Positions 34,481-48,756 of a DNA stretch of 64,000 nucleotides are shown in pieces; the stretch's first letter is position 1, and each line of letters opens with the position of its first letter. This DNA comes from Eledone cirrhosa (taxonomy: Eukaryota). Below the pieces are notes generated by a model, which saw only the letters and a list, made by a program, of their open reading frames with translations, made no database searches and had not been told where the DNA came from. Location of the stretch: positions 148,304,001-148,368,000 of the forward strand of contig OZ024742.1 in the NCBI GenBank assembly GCA_964016885.1. Reading direction: 5' to 3'. The translations under genes were made by a program, and so were the position numbers.

Positions 34481-37400
34481 AATACAACCATTACCACCTC
34501 CGCAACCATTACTACTACAACCATTACCACCACCATAACAACCATTACCACCTCCGCAATCATTACCACTACAACCATTACCACCACATAACAACCATTA
34601 CCACCTCCGCAATCATTACTACCACCATACCAACCATTACCACCACCGCAAGTATTACTACTACAACCATTACCACCACTGCAATCATTACTACTACAAC
34701 CATTACTACCAGCTTAACAACCATTACCACCACCATAACAAGCATTACCACCTCCGCAATCAATACTACTTCAACCATTACCACCTCCGCAATCATTACT
34801 ACTACAACTATTACTACCACCATAACAACCATTACCACCACCATAACAACCATTAGCACCTCCGCAATCATTACTACTACAAACATTACCACCACCATAA
34901 CAACCATTGCCACCTCCGCAATCATTACTACTACAACCATTACCACCACCATACCAACCATTACCACCACCACAACAACCATTACCACCACCGCAATGAT
35001 TACTACTACAACCATTACCACCACCATAATAACCATTACCACCTCCGCAATTAATATTACAACAACCATTACCTCCACCATAACAACCATTACCACCTCC
35101 GCAATCATTACTACTTCAACCATTACCACCTCCGCAATCATTACTACTACAACCATTACCACCACCATACCAACCATTACCACCACCAAAATAACCATTA
35201 CCACCACCTTAACAACCATTACCACCTCCGCAATCATTACTACTACAACCATTACCACCACCATAACAACGATCACCACCTCCGCAATCATTACTACTAC
35301 AACCATTACCACCACCATAACAACCATTACCACCTCCGCAATCATTACTACTATAATCATTACCACCACCATAACAACCATTACCACCTCCGAAATCATT
35401 ATTACTACAATGATTACCACCACCATAACAACCATTACCACCTCCGCAATCATTACTACTATAACCATTGTTCCCACGATAACAACCATTATCACCACCA
35501 TAACAACCATTACCACCTCCGCAATCGTTACTATAACAACCATTACCACCACCATAACAACCATTACTACTACCGCAATCATTATTACTACAACCATTAC
35601 CACCACCATAACAACCATTACCACCACCATAACAACCATTACCACTTCCACAATCATTACTACTACAACCATTACCACCATCATAACAACCATTACCACC
35701 ACCGCAATCATTACTACTACAACCATTACCACCATCATAACAACCATTACTACCACCGCAATCATTACTACTACAACCATTACCACCATCATAACAACCA
35801 TTACCACCACCGCAATCATTACTACTACAACCATTACCACCACCATAACAACCATTACCACTTCCACAATCATTACTACTACAACCATTACCACCATCAT
35901 AACAACCATTACCACCACCGCAATCATTACTACTACAACCATTACCACCATCATAACAACCATTACTACCACCGCAATCATTACTACTACAACCATTACC
36001 ACCATCATAACAACCATTACCACCACCGCAATCATTACTACTACAACCATTACCACCACCATAACAACCATTACCACCACCGCAATCATTACTACTACAA
36101 CCATTACCACCATCATAACAACCATTACCACCACCGCAATCATTACTACTACAACCATTACCACCACCATAACAACCATTACCACTTCCACAATCATTAC
36201 TACTACAACCATTACCACCATCATAACAACCATTACCACCACCGCAATCATTACTACTACAACCATTACCACCACCATAACAACCATTACCACTTCCACA
36301 ATCATTACTACTACAACCATTACCACCATCATAACAACCATTACCACCACCGCAATCATTACTACTACAACCATTACCACCATCATAACAACCATTACCA
36401 CCACCGCAATCATTACTACTACAACCATTGCTACCACCATAACAAACATTACCACCACCGCAATCATTACTACTACAACCATTATCACCACCATAACAAC
36501 CATTACGACCCCCGCAATCGTTACTATAACAACCATTACCACCACCATAACAACCATTACCACCTTCGCAATCATTACTACTTCAACCATTACCTCCTCC
36601 GCAATCATTACTACTACAACCATTACTACCACCATAACAACCATTACCACCACCATAACAACCATTACCACCTCCGCAATCATTACTACTACAACCATTA
36701 CTACCACCATTACAACCATTACCACCACCATAACAACCATTACCACCTCCGCAATCATTACTACTGCAACCATTACCACCACCATAACAACCATTACCAC
36801 CACCATAACAACCATTACCACCTCTGCAATCATTACTACTACAACCATTACTACCACCATAACAACCATTACCACCACCATAACAACCATTACCACCTCC
36901 GCAATCATTACTACTGCAACCATTACCACCACCATAACAACCATTACCACCACCATAACAACCATTACCACCTCTGCAATCATTACTACTACAACCATTA
37001 CCACCACCATAACAACCATTACCTCGACCGCAATCATTACTACTACAACCATTGCTACCACCATAACAACCATTACCACCTCCGCAACCATTACTACTAC
37101 AAACATTACCACCTCCGAAATCATTACTACTACAACCATTACCACCACCATAACAAACATTACCACCTCCGCAACCATTACTACTACAATCATTACCACT
37201 ACCATAACAACCATTACCACCTCCGCAATCATTACTACTACAACCATTACCACCATCATAACAACCATTACCACCACCGCAATCATTACTACTACAACCA
37301 TTACCACCATCATAACAACCATTACTACCACCGCAATCATTACTACTACAACCATTACCACCATCATAACAACCATTACCACCACCGCAATCATTACTAC

Positions 37401-40400
37401 TACAACCATTACCACCACCATAACAACCATTACCACTTCCACAATCATTACTACTACAACCATTACCACCATCATAACAACCATTACCACCACCATAACA
37501 ACCATTACCACCACCGCAATCATTACTACTACAACCATTACCACCATCATAACAACCATTACCACCACCGCAATCATTACTACTACAACCATTACCACCA
37601 CCATAACAACCATTACCACTTCCACAATCATTACTACTACAACCATTACCACCATCATAACAACCATTACCACCACCGCAATCATTACTACTACAATCAT
37701 TACCACTACCATAACAACCATTACCACCTCCGCAATCATTACTACTACAACCATTACCACCATCATAACAACCATTACCACCAACGCAATCATTACTACT
37801 ACAACCATTGCTACCACCATAACAACCATTACCACCTCCGCAACCATTACTACTACAAACATTACCACCTCCGAAATCATTACTACTACAACCATTACCA
37901 CCACCATAACAAACATTACCACCTCCGCAACCATTACTACTACAATCATTACCACTACCATAACAACCATTACCACCTCCGCAATCATTACTACTACAAC
38001 CATTACCACCATCATAACAACCATTACCACCACCGCAATCATTACTACTACAACCATTACCACCATCATAACTACCATTACCACCACCGCAATCATTACT
38101 ACTACAACCATTACCACCATCATAACAACCATTACCACCACCGCAATCATTACTACTACAACCATTACCACCATCATAACAACCATTACCACCACCGCAA
38201 TCATTACTACTACAACCATTACCACCACCATAACAACCATTACCACTTCCACAATCATTACTACTACAACCATTACCACCATCATAACAACCATTACCAC
38301 CAACGCAATCATTACTACTACAACCATTACCACCATCATAACAACCATTACCACCACCGCAATCATTACTACTACAACCATTGCTACCACCATAACAAAC
38401 ATTACCACCACCGCAATCATTACTACTACAACCATTATCACCACCATAACAACCATTACGACCCCCGCAATCGTTACTATAACAACCATTACCACCACCA
38501 TAACAACCATTACCACCTTCGCAATCATTACTACTTCAACCATTACCTCCTCCGCAATCATTACTACTACAACCATTACTACCACCATTACAACCATTAC
38601 CACCACCATAACAACCATTACCACCTCCGCAATCATTACTACTACAACCATTACTACCACCATTACAACCATTACCACCACCATAACAACCATTACCACC
38701 TCCGCAATCATTACTACTGCAACCATTACCACCACCATAACAACCATTACCACCTCCGCAATCATTACTACTACAACCATTACTACCACCGTAACAACCA
38801 TTACCACCACCATAACAACCATTACCACCTCCGCAATCATTACTACTACAACCATTACCACCTCCGCAACCATTACTACTACAAACATTACCACCTCCGA
38901 AATCACTACTACTACAACCATTACCACCACCATAACAAACATTACCACCTCCGCAATCATTACTACTTCAATCATTACCACTACCATAACAACCATTACC
39001 ACCTCCGCAATCATTACTACTACAACCATTACCACCACCATAACAACCATTACCACCTCCGCAACCATTACTACTACAAACATTACCACTACCATAACAA
39101 CCATTACCACCTCCGCAGTCATTACTACTACAACCATTACCACTACCATAACAACCATTACCACCTCCGCAATCATTACTACTACAACCATTACCACCGC
39201 CATAAAAACCATTACCACCTCCGCAACCATTACTACTACAAACATTACCACTACCATAACAACCATTACCACCACCGCAATCATTACTACTACAACCATT
39301 ACCACCATCATAACAAACATTACCACCACCGCAATCATTACTACTACAACCATTATCACCACCATAACAACCATTACGACCCCCGCAATCGTTACTATAA
39401 CAACCATTACCACCACCATAACAACCATTACCACATTCGCAATCATTACTACTTCAACCATTACCTCCTCCGCAATCATTACTACTACAACCATTACCAC
39501 CACCATAACAACCATTACCTCCTCCGCAACCATTACTACTACAACCATTACCACCACCATAACAACCATTACCACCACCGCAGTCATTACTACTACAACG
39601 AATAACACCACCATAACAACCATTACCACCTCCGCAATCATTACTACTACAACCATTACTACCACCATAACAACCATTACCACCTCCGCAATCTTTACTA
39701 CTACAACCATTACCACCACCATACCAACCAATACCACCACCACAACAACCATTACCAACTCCGCAATCGTTACTATAACAACCATTACCACCACCATAAC
39801 AATCATTACCACCTCCGCAATTATTACTACTACAACCATTGCTACCACCATAACAACCATTACCACCACCATAACAATCATTACCACCTCCGCAATCATT
39901 ACTACCACAACCATTACCACCACCATAACAACCATTACCACGACCGCAATCATTACTACTACAACCATTGTTACCACCATAATAATCATTACCACCTCCG
40001 CAATCATTACTACTACAACCATTCCTACCACCACAACAACCATTACCACCACCATAACAACCATTACTACCACCGCAATCATTATTACTACAACCATTAC
40101 CACCACCATAACGACCATTACCACCACCATAACAACCATTACCACCTCCGCAATCATTACTACTACAACCATTACCACCACCATAACAACCATTACCACC
40201 TCCGCAATCATTACTACTACAACCATTACCACCACCACAACAACCATTACCACCTCCGCAATCATTACTACTACAACCATTACCACCACCATAACAACCA
40301 TTACCCCCTCCGCAATCATTACTACTACAACCATTACCACCACCACAACAACCATTACCACCTCCGCAATCATTACTACTACAACCATTACCACCACCAT

Positions 40401-42420
40401 AACAACCATTACCACCTCCGCAATCATTACTACTACAACCATTACCACCACCACAACAACCATTACCACCTCCGCAATCATTACTACTACAACCATTACC
40501 ACCACCATAACAACCATTACCACCTCCGCAATGATTACTACTACAACCATTACCACCACCACAACAACCATTACCACCTCCGCAATCATTACTACTACAA
40601 CCATTACCACCACCATAACAACCATTACCACCTCCGCAATCATTACTACTACAACCATTACCACCACCATAACAACCATTACCACCACCATAACAACCAT
40701 TATCACCTCCGCAATCATTACTACTACAACCATTACCACCACCATAACAACCATTACCACCACCATAACAACCATTACCACCTCCGCAATCATTGCTACT
40801 TCAACCATTACCACCTAAGCAATCATTACTACTACAACCATTACCACCACCATAACAACCATTACCACCTCCGCAATCATTACTACTACAACCATTACTA
40901 CCACCATAACAACCATTACCACCACCATAACAACCATTATCACCTCCGCAATCATTACTACTACAACCATTACCACCACCATAACAACGATTACCACGTC
41001 CGCAATAATTACTACTACAAACATTACTACCTCCACAATCATTACTATAACAACCATTACCACCACCATAACAACCATTACCACCTCCGCAATCGTTACT
41101 ATAACAACCATTATCACCTCCGCAATCATTACTACTACAACCATTACCACCACCATAACAACCATCACCACCTCCGCAATTATTACTACTACAACCATTG
41201 CTACCACCATAACAACCATTACCACCTCCGCAATTATTACTACTACAACCATTACCACCACCATAACAACCATCACCACCTCCGCAATTATTACTACTAC
41301 AACCATTGCTACCACCATAACAACCATCACCACCTCCGCAATTATTACTACTACAACCATTACCACCACCATAACAACCATTACCACCTCCGCAATTATT
41401 ACTACTACAACCATTACCACCACCATAACAACCATCACCACCTCCGCAATTATTACTACTACAACCATTGCTACCACCATAACAACCATCACCACCTCCG
41501 CAATCATTTACTACTACAACCATTCCTACCACCATAACAACCATTACCACCACCATAACAACCATTACCACCTCCGCAATCATTATTACTACAACCATTA
41601 CTACCACCAGAACAACCATTACCACCACCATAACAACCATTACCACCTCCACAATCATTACTACTACAACCATTACGTCCACAATAGCAACCATTACCAC
41701 CTCCGTAATCATTACTACTACAACCATTACCACCACCATAACAACCATTACCACCCCCGCAACCATTACTACTACAACGATTACCACCACCATAACAACG
41801 ATTACCACCTCCGCAATAATTACTACTACAACCATTACCACCACCATAACAACCATTACTACCACCGTAATTATTATTACTACAACCATTACCACCACCA
41901 TAACAACCATTACCACCTCCGCAATCGTTACTATAACAACCATTACCACCTCCGCAATCATTACTACTACAACCATTACCACCACCATAACAACCATCAC
42001 CACCTCCGCAATTATTACTACTACAACCATTACCACCACCATAACAACCATTACCACCTCCGCAATCATTATTACAACAACCATTACCACCACCATAACA
42101 ACCATTACCACCTCCGCAATCGTTACTACTACAAACATTACCACCACCGCAATCATTACTACTACAACGATTACCACCACCATAACAACCATTACCACCT
42201 CCGCAATCATTACTACTACAACCATTACTACCACCATAACAACCATTACCACCACCATAACAACCATTCCCACCACCGCAACCATTACTACTACAACCAT
42301 TACCACCACCATAACAACCATTACCACCTCCGCAATCATTACTACTACAACCATTACCACCACCATAACAACCATTACCACCAACGCAATCATTACTACT
42401 ACAACCATTACCACCACCGC

Positions 42421-43160
42421 AATCATCATCAACATTACCACTATTAACATGACCAGAACAATCATTACCACTATTACAACCATTACTAACACTATCAACA
42501 CCTCTACCATTCCCAACACATCCCCCAAAATCACTACATCAATCCACACAATATCATCACAGCCACCATCACAACAACAAATAAAGCAAACATCACTAGC
42601 AACACAACATCGACCACTACTCCTACCACCACCACCACCTCTACCTCTACAACCACTACCACTAGAAACACCACCAGAACAACCATTGGAACCACTACCA
42701 ACACTACTACAACCACCACAAATACGACTACTAACTACCAGTAATACCACCAATAATATTCACCCCGACACATAGCAGGACCAGCGAGATAACATTTCCG
42801 TGGTTTCTCAATCTGCTAGAAATAGCAGTCAAATCTTCCTCGAATAAGGAGAGTAGAAATTGTGAAATGTAATTCTACACGCCGACAGAAAAAGTATGTG
42901 GTCATAGCTGAAATGCTGTTGATTATAAGCCTGTTTGGTCAGGCTGATCTTGGGCTAATAACAACAAAAATATCATCAACACCATAAACAGCAGCAATAA
43001 CAATATCCATAACCACCCCATCAACTCCTCAACAACATCATCAGCAGCAACAGCAACATCATCATTATCAACAACAGCAACACGATCAACAACAGCAGCA
43101 ATAGCAACAACAACAACAACAATAATAACATTAACATCAACAACAACAATCACAGCACAT
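42421..43160. repeat. Degenerate ACC/ACA/ACT trinucleotide low-complexity sequence at the satellite edge, interrupted by ~190 bp of other sequence
   Basis: Same strand bias and 3-nt periodicity as the satellite but no 54-bp period (42421-42772 and 42960-43160). Confidence 0.8.
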
Positions 43161-43487
43161 ATTCATGTCTACTAGTTTGCGTCTCTATAACAGAACCTAC
43201 ACGTAGAATCGGCCATCTTGTTACCTTATCGCTTCAAATGCAACCAGCCTCGCTTAACCAGAGATTTACTTTTCACAGCAAACAGACATTTCACGCTAGA
43301 CTAGTGATACCACCGCTACCACTAAATAGCACTATTATCACCACAAAAAATCCCACCTTCAATCTAAATGCAAACTTCACCACGGCTACCATCATCGACG
43401 CCATTATAACTATTATCGTTTTCACTTGTATTATCGTAACTAACGCCATCACCACCACCAAGAATATAAAGATTGATTTCTAATTGA

Positions 43488-44272
43488 TGCACAAGACCAG
43501 CACATTTTGAAGGAAGAGCGCAGGTGATTAAATGAACCCGGAGTGTTTGACTGGTACTTTGTTTTATCAACCCGGAAGGATGTAGTGACCTACATTCCGC
43601 GGGCTCACATACATTCTCTGTGCGTGATTTGGCTCAGTTCAGCCAATCAGCGCCAGTAGAAGAGGATGTATCCCTACGCGCCCTGAGGAAGAAATTCCCC
43701 GCGAAGATTTGAAGAATCTCTCTCTTGTACCGGAAACTTCAAGCCAGCAACACGCATAATGTAACGGTGACATATTGTCCCTAGCCTCGCCGGCTTAACG
43801 GCGCTATGGCACATTCCCTTTTGTAACCTCTTCTTATCTGTAACTTCAACCATATAAGTTAACAAACATTGTGTGTGCTACATAAAAAATAAACATACAT
43901 TTCATCTCTAATTTCTGCTGTTGAAATCGTTGTTATGTTACTCGTGTCTCAATGACATCTATAATCCATGCTGCTGGAATTGGCGACCTGACGAAAGGAA
44001 TATTGTAAATAGATGGTAAATAGATCGAGGGACCTTCCCTCACGTCTATGTCGACAAGATAATCCAACGAGGATACTATCACTTACCACACTGGCAACTA
44101 ACGACCTTCAATCATCTACCCTGTTAAAGTAACGACCATCTATAACTAATACTGCTAAAGATGAAAGCAAAGTTGAACCCTGCAGGATTTGAACTCGGAA
44201 CGTCAAAAGCAAGAACAAATATCGCAGTGGCATTTTATCTGATGCTCTACCAGATCTGCCAATACACCATTC
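43488..44272 (-). mobile_element. Diverged tRNA-derived SINE split by an insertion
   Basis: 43488-43580 (GCACAAGACCAGC...CTGGTACTTTGTTTTATCAACCCGGAAGGA) and 44160-44272 (GATGAAAGCAAAGTTGAAC...GGATTTGAACTC) join to match the SINE copy at 47375-47535. Confidence 0.75.
43581..44157 (+). mobile_element. LTR-like insertion inside the SINE
   Basis: Starts TGTAGTG and contains a CCAAT motif (~43644), a TATA-like CATATAAG (43851), AATAAA (~43888) and a PBS-like TGGCGACC (43981). The 3' terminus and TSD are imperfect. Confidence 0.4.
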
Positions 44273-45078
44273 TTAATAACATCAACATAAACATTAACAC
44301 CAATTTGGTATTCACTACTACCACTAACTTCGGCATGTCCTCCGTGTCGAAGATGATTCGAAGGTTTCTGTAATTCTGGGTCATTCTTTCATGAATCTTA
44401 TCGGTGTGGTGTGGAGAAAAAAATCTACAGTTCTATCCCCACAGTGCTTAGTCTTGATGGTCTCTGTATCAATGACTAAACTGTGTTAGGACGATGGAAA
44501 ATCACAGTATGTTATGGTCCACCTTGATATTTGCACATCTGTGGGATTTGAATCCATAGACGGAGTTTCAACTCAGAATGTAAACAACTGGAAGAGATAC
44601 CACAAGACATCGCCCGCCCTCCTAATAATTCTGCCAACCCATCGCACTTTTTATCAACTCAGAAAGGATAAAAGGCGAACTTAACCTCGAAAATCGAAAC
44701 TATTTTAATGATTTGACACCATATAAGTTTTCACCATTTTATATGCAGTTGTTTAACACCAAGTCAGTCCAGAACGAGCATAAATATGATCTAAGATATT
44801 CCATCTATCCCGATCTCAATTTCTGCCTTGATACAGTGCACTTCAAACCATGTGATACAACGTGATTTTTTTCTTTTCTATAACGCTAAAGATTTGGATG
44901 TAATTTCTAGAAAGAGGAGTGATCTCATAGAGTGTCTCACGTTAGTTCACCACTTATTATATTAATGAAAGATGACATACCAATCGGAATTCACTTATCT
45001 TTCTGTTTCAGGAAAAAGAAAATGCAAATTTTGTCCAATCTGAAGATAAACAAATGCGATATGTAATGTGACTCAACG

Positions 45079-45248
<170 letters not shown>

Positions 45249-45631
45249 GGTAAATTATATGAGTTGCTAATACAACAGTAAAAGGCATTCAGATACTTAA
45301 AGCTCTAATGTGATTTTTTTTCAATAGCCAGATTGGCAAAAGGCAGTGCAGAGGTAAATCAAGTTAGTTTACTTCCGGTCATCGTAGATTTGCAAATCAC
45401 AGAGCATATATAACATAAGTGATAGATCACCAAGGTTAATAATCAATATTTATTTGATTTACATATGTTTCATTCTTCTCTTTCAATACCTTTGTAGAGA
45501 AATCATCACAATCAATTATATATAACATAGAAAAGGTTTGCCGACCGCCATTGTTAGTGAGGGTTATATGTGATGATATCTGTATGTGTATGTGCGTTTA
45601 TATAGGTATATCTACGTACTCAACTATCGTC

Positions 45632-45763
<132 letters not shown>

Positions 45764-46202
45764 GTATATGTGAGTATATATATGTATAAGGGTGTGTGCA
45801 AGCCTATAATGGCGCTACTTGTACAGATATGGGTGTTTTGTGGCTATATGTACCTTGTAAAATAAACAGGTACATATACGAAACCCGAATGCTGGAAAGC
45901 TCTAGATAATTTTAGCCAATACGGGCATTTATAGAGTTTTATAATATCAACACCTATAATACCATTTAGTGAGGTTGAATTCGATTGTAACTTCAGTGAA
46001 TAAATAGTATTGTATATGCACTAACCACAATCAAGCAGTATATTCATGTGGTCATTTGCATATAGTGCAAGCTTGGCTGGTTATATTTAATTGGCAGTAG
46101 CACTAAGACAGTATTTAAGCATAATAGAGGTGTAAATGAAAACATATATAAACATATATTATACAAACATATATTATATATATGATATATATAAGCATAT
46201 AT

Positions 46203-46529
46203 TATACAATAAATATATGGGTAGCCTCGCTGTCGAATAAAAATATTTTCCCGTAACAAAACGAAAAAAACATTTCTCTCTATTTTCTTCTATGAATATA
46301 TCACAAAGTTGCCAGCATATTCTGAGAGTGTCAGACAATGCTGTTTCAAGATTTTTTAATCGTTCATTAGTGACACTCACATCTCCAGTGTTGTCTGGCA
46401 CTCTAGATGTGATACTGGCAACTCCATGGTATATTCATAGAGGAAAACAGAGAAAAAAAAATCCGTTTCGTTTCGTTACGGAAAAATATTTTTCTTCGAC
46501 AGCGAGGCTACCTATATATTTATTGTATA
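46203..46529. repeat. Diverged fold-back element (arms ~46203-46343 and ~46386-46529)
   Basis: GGTAGCCTCGCTGTCGAA / TTCGACAGCGAGGCTACC, AGTTGCCAG / CTGGCAACT and GAGTGTCAGACAA / TTGTCTGGCACTC are reverse complements. A ~80-bp tail and (TA)n follow. Confidence 0.85.
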
Positions 46530-46608
46530 TAAACGTATTATATATCTTTATATATGTCAGCATATACAGCTCTATTATGCTTAAACGCTGACTTAGTGCG
46601 ACCGTCAG

Positions 46609-46800
<192 letters not shown>

Positions 46801-47374
46801 GAATGTGGTATGTGTGTGCGGGCGCACACGTGCATGTGCTTGCATATGTCTGGATGCATTTGTATGATCAGGAAGGTTTATCATTTGCTTAGAATACATG
46901 AATAACTTACATTGAGTATGGAAGTATTCGATCGAATGTTTCATTATGCCTTCCAACGCCAATTCCTATTCAGGCGGCAATCAGATTAATGAGTTGAAAT
47001 GAGTCGAAATGGCGAAGAACAGAAGAGCAGAGAGAAAGGTGGAAAGGGTGAGTGAGATAGAGAGTACAATGGCACGAGAAAAGTGAGGAGGGAAGCGTAT
47101 TTCAGTGTAGATATGCATTGCAGGGCGTGAAGAGAATGTAGGAGATATGAATGGGAAAAAAGCCTGAAAGGATTATAGTGAAAACTGAGAGACATAGGAG
47201 AGGCAGGTGGAATAAAAAGAGAATGTGTAGAACCTATAGGAGATGTGGGGAAAGGCAATATGGGGTGCTACAGAAATGACAGTAGATGATAATATAAAGA
47301 GAGAGAGAACAAAGAGATGACGAGGTGACTATGAGAATGATATCTAAATTATATTTTGATAGAGATGAAATAGT

Positions 47375-47535
47375 TGTTTCTACTTTTAGCACAAGGCCAG
47401 CAATTACTGGTACTTTATTTTATCGACCCCGTAAGGATGAAAGGCAAAGTTAACCTGGGCGGGATTTGAACTCAGATCATAAAGGGACGTAACTATTCTA
47501 GAAAGCATGGCGTCCGACTCCCTACCGATACTGCC
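47375..47535 (-). mobile_element. tRNA-derived SINE, family 1
   Basis: B-box-like GAGTTCAAATCCC on the - strand. Flanked by a 17-bp TSD GATAGAGATGAAATAGT (47358-47374, 47536-47552). Confidence 0.9.
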
Positions 47536-47683
47536 GATAGAGATGAAATAGTGTCGAAATATTGTTAACCGAATTGTGTGAAAAGGAAAGCAAAAAGCGA
47601 CAGGTAAACTCCTGGAGGGTTGAGCTTGTGATTCTCTATCAATTCTCGATTAACGTAAATTCATTTTATTTACGTCGCAAACT

Positions 47684-47916
47684 TAGGGCGGTGGATTGGC
47701 AGTATCCGTAGAGAGTCGGACGCCATGCTTTGCATCATAGAGTTACGGCCCTTTACGGTCTGAGTTACGGCCCTTTACGGTTCAAATCGCGCCGAGGTTA
47801 ACTTTGGCTTTCATTCTTACGGGGTCGATAAAATAAAGCACCAGTAACGTACTGGGGTCGATTTAATCGACTTTCACGTCTCCCCAAATTACTGGCTTGT
47901 GCCTATACTAAAAATC
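47684..47916 (+). mobile_element. tRNA-derived SINE, family 1, near full length
   Basis: A-box-like TGGCAGTATCCG and B-box-like GGTTCAAATCGC. 16-bp TSD ATTTACGTCGCAAACT (47668-47683, 47917-47932). Internal duplication of GAGTTACGGCCCTTTACGGT. Confidence 0.92.
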
Positions 47917-48094
47917 ATTTACGTCGCAAACTCTTAGGAAGAATACATGCGAATGCTACAATGTCCTGAGATAAAAGACTTGTCTTCCAAATGAAAGCAC
48001 AGCTACTGTTGTGTCAGTTTTACTAACCAGTTTTTCTTTATGTTGGACGAGCCTCAAAATTTACATGTATGTGTGTTGTGTGAGTGTCGAGTTC

Positions 48095-48437
48095 ATGTCG
48101 TTGATCTCTAGCATCGGGACAAGTCCAAATATATTGGAGGAATATACGAATGACCATGGTTTTGCACCTGGAAAGTTTCCCTCCGAAGCACAAGCCTGGG
48201 CAAGGTTGTTTGTGGAAGACCAGCAGTCACCCATGCAAACCAGCCTCCTCTCTCCACGCCACCGACGTTGTCCAAGGGAAAGGCAATGGCCGATACAGTT
48301 TGGCACCAGTGACGTCGCAACTCATTTCTACAGCTGAGTAAACTGGAGCATCGTGTCTTGCTCAAGGACACCACACATAACCCATACTGAGAATCGATTG
48401 CAAGCCAAATGCTGTAACCACTAAGCCATGCGCCTTC
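48095..48437 (-). mobile_element. tRNA-derived SINE, family 2
   Basis: The - strand begins GAAGGCGCATGGCTTAGTGGTTACAGC (tRNA-like head), followed by the central GTGTCCTTGAGCAAGACAC motif common in invertebrate core-domain SINEs. Confidence 0.75.
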
Positions 48438-48658
48438 ATATGTTAATAATAGCAACTTAATATCGCAAAGCATTTTGTTCGACGCTCTGCTGATTCGATG
48501 CTGCTTATCAACCACCGTTTAAAACAAATCTAATATACTACTGTTACAATCTTAACGATGTCGGATGGATCAAAGCAAATACCCCGCTGAAGTTATATGA
48601 CAAAATACTCTTGGGCAGTTACTCAACCAAATCGATGTTGCAGACTTGTTAAAATAAT

Positions 48659-48756
48659 TGTTTCTACTTTTGGCACAAGGCCAGCAATTACCCAGTACAT
48701 TACTGGTACTTTATTTTATCGACCTCGTAAGGATGAAATGCAAAGTTAACCTCGGC
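48659..48756 (-). mobile_element. 5'-truncated SINE, family 1
   Basis: Matches 47375-47460. TSD AAAATAAT (48651-48658, 48757-48764). Confidence 0.85.

Larger units (their letters stand above)
1..42420. repeat. Large tandem satellite array, 54-bp monomer (33-bp + 21-bp subunits), continues past the left window edge
   Basis: Consensus ACAACCATTACCACCTCCGCAATCATTACTACT (33 bp) + ACAACCATTACCACCACCATA (21 bp) is repeated throughout, with subunits occasionally dropped or doubled. The + strand has about one G per monomer. Confidence 0.97.

Noticed and set aside
2839-41500. Gly/Cys-rich frame GGGNGCYGGGNGCSSNDC with TGA at Cys positions (structural-protein or selenoprotein idea)
   Set aside because: TGT->TGA is simply the nearest stop mutation. 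TAA stops and frameshifts also occur, and there is no signal peptide or SECIS evidence.
1-42420. CRISPR array or telomeric repeat
   Set aside because: No unique spacers, no cas genes, and no TTAGGG-type repeat.
1771-42753. Long Val/Met-rich minus-strand ORFs (up to 2078 aa)
   Set aside because: They are readings of the satellite with implausible composition, and their ends are set by the repeated frameshifts.
45011-45066. Possible micro-exon after TTTCTGTTTCAG
   Set aside because: The donor is weak, the peptide is unrecognisable, and there are no partner exons.
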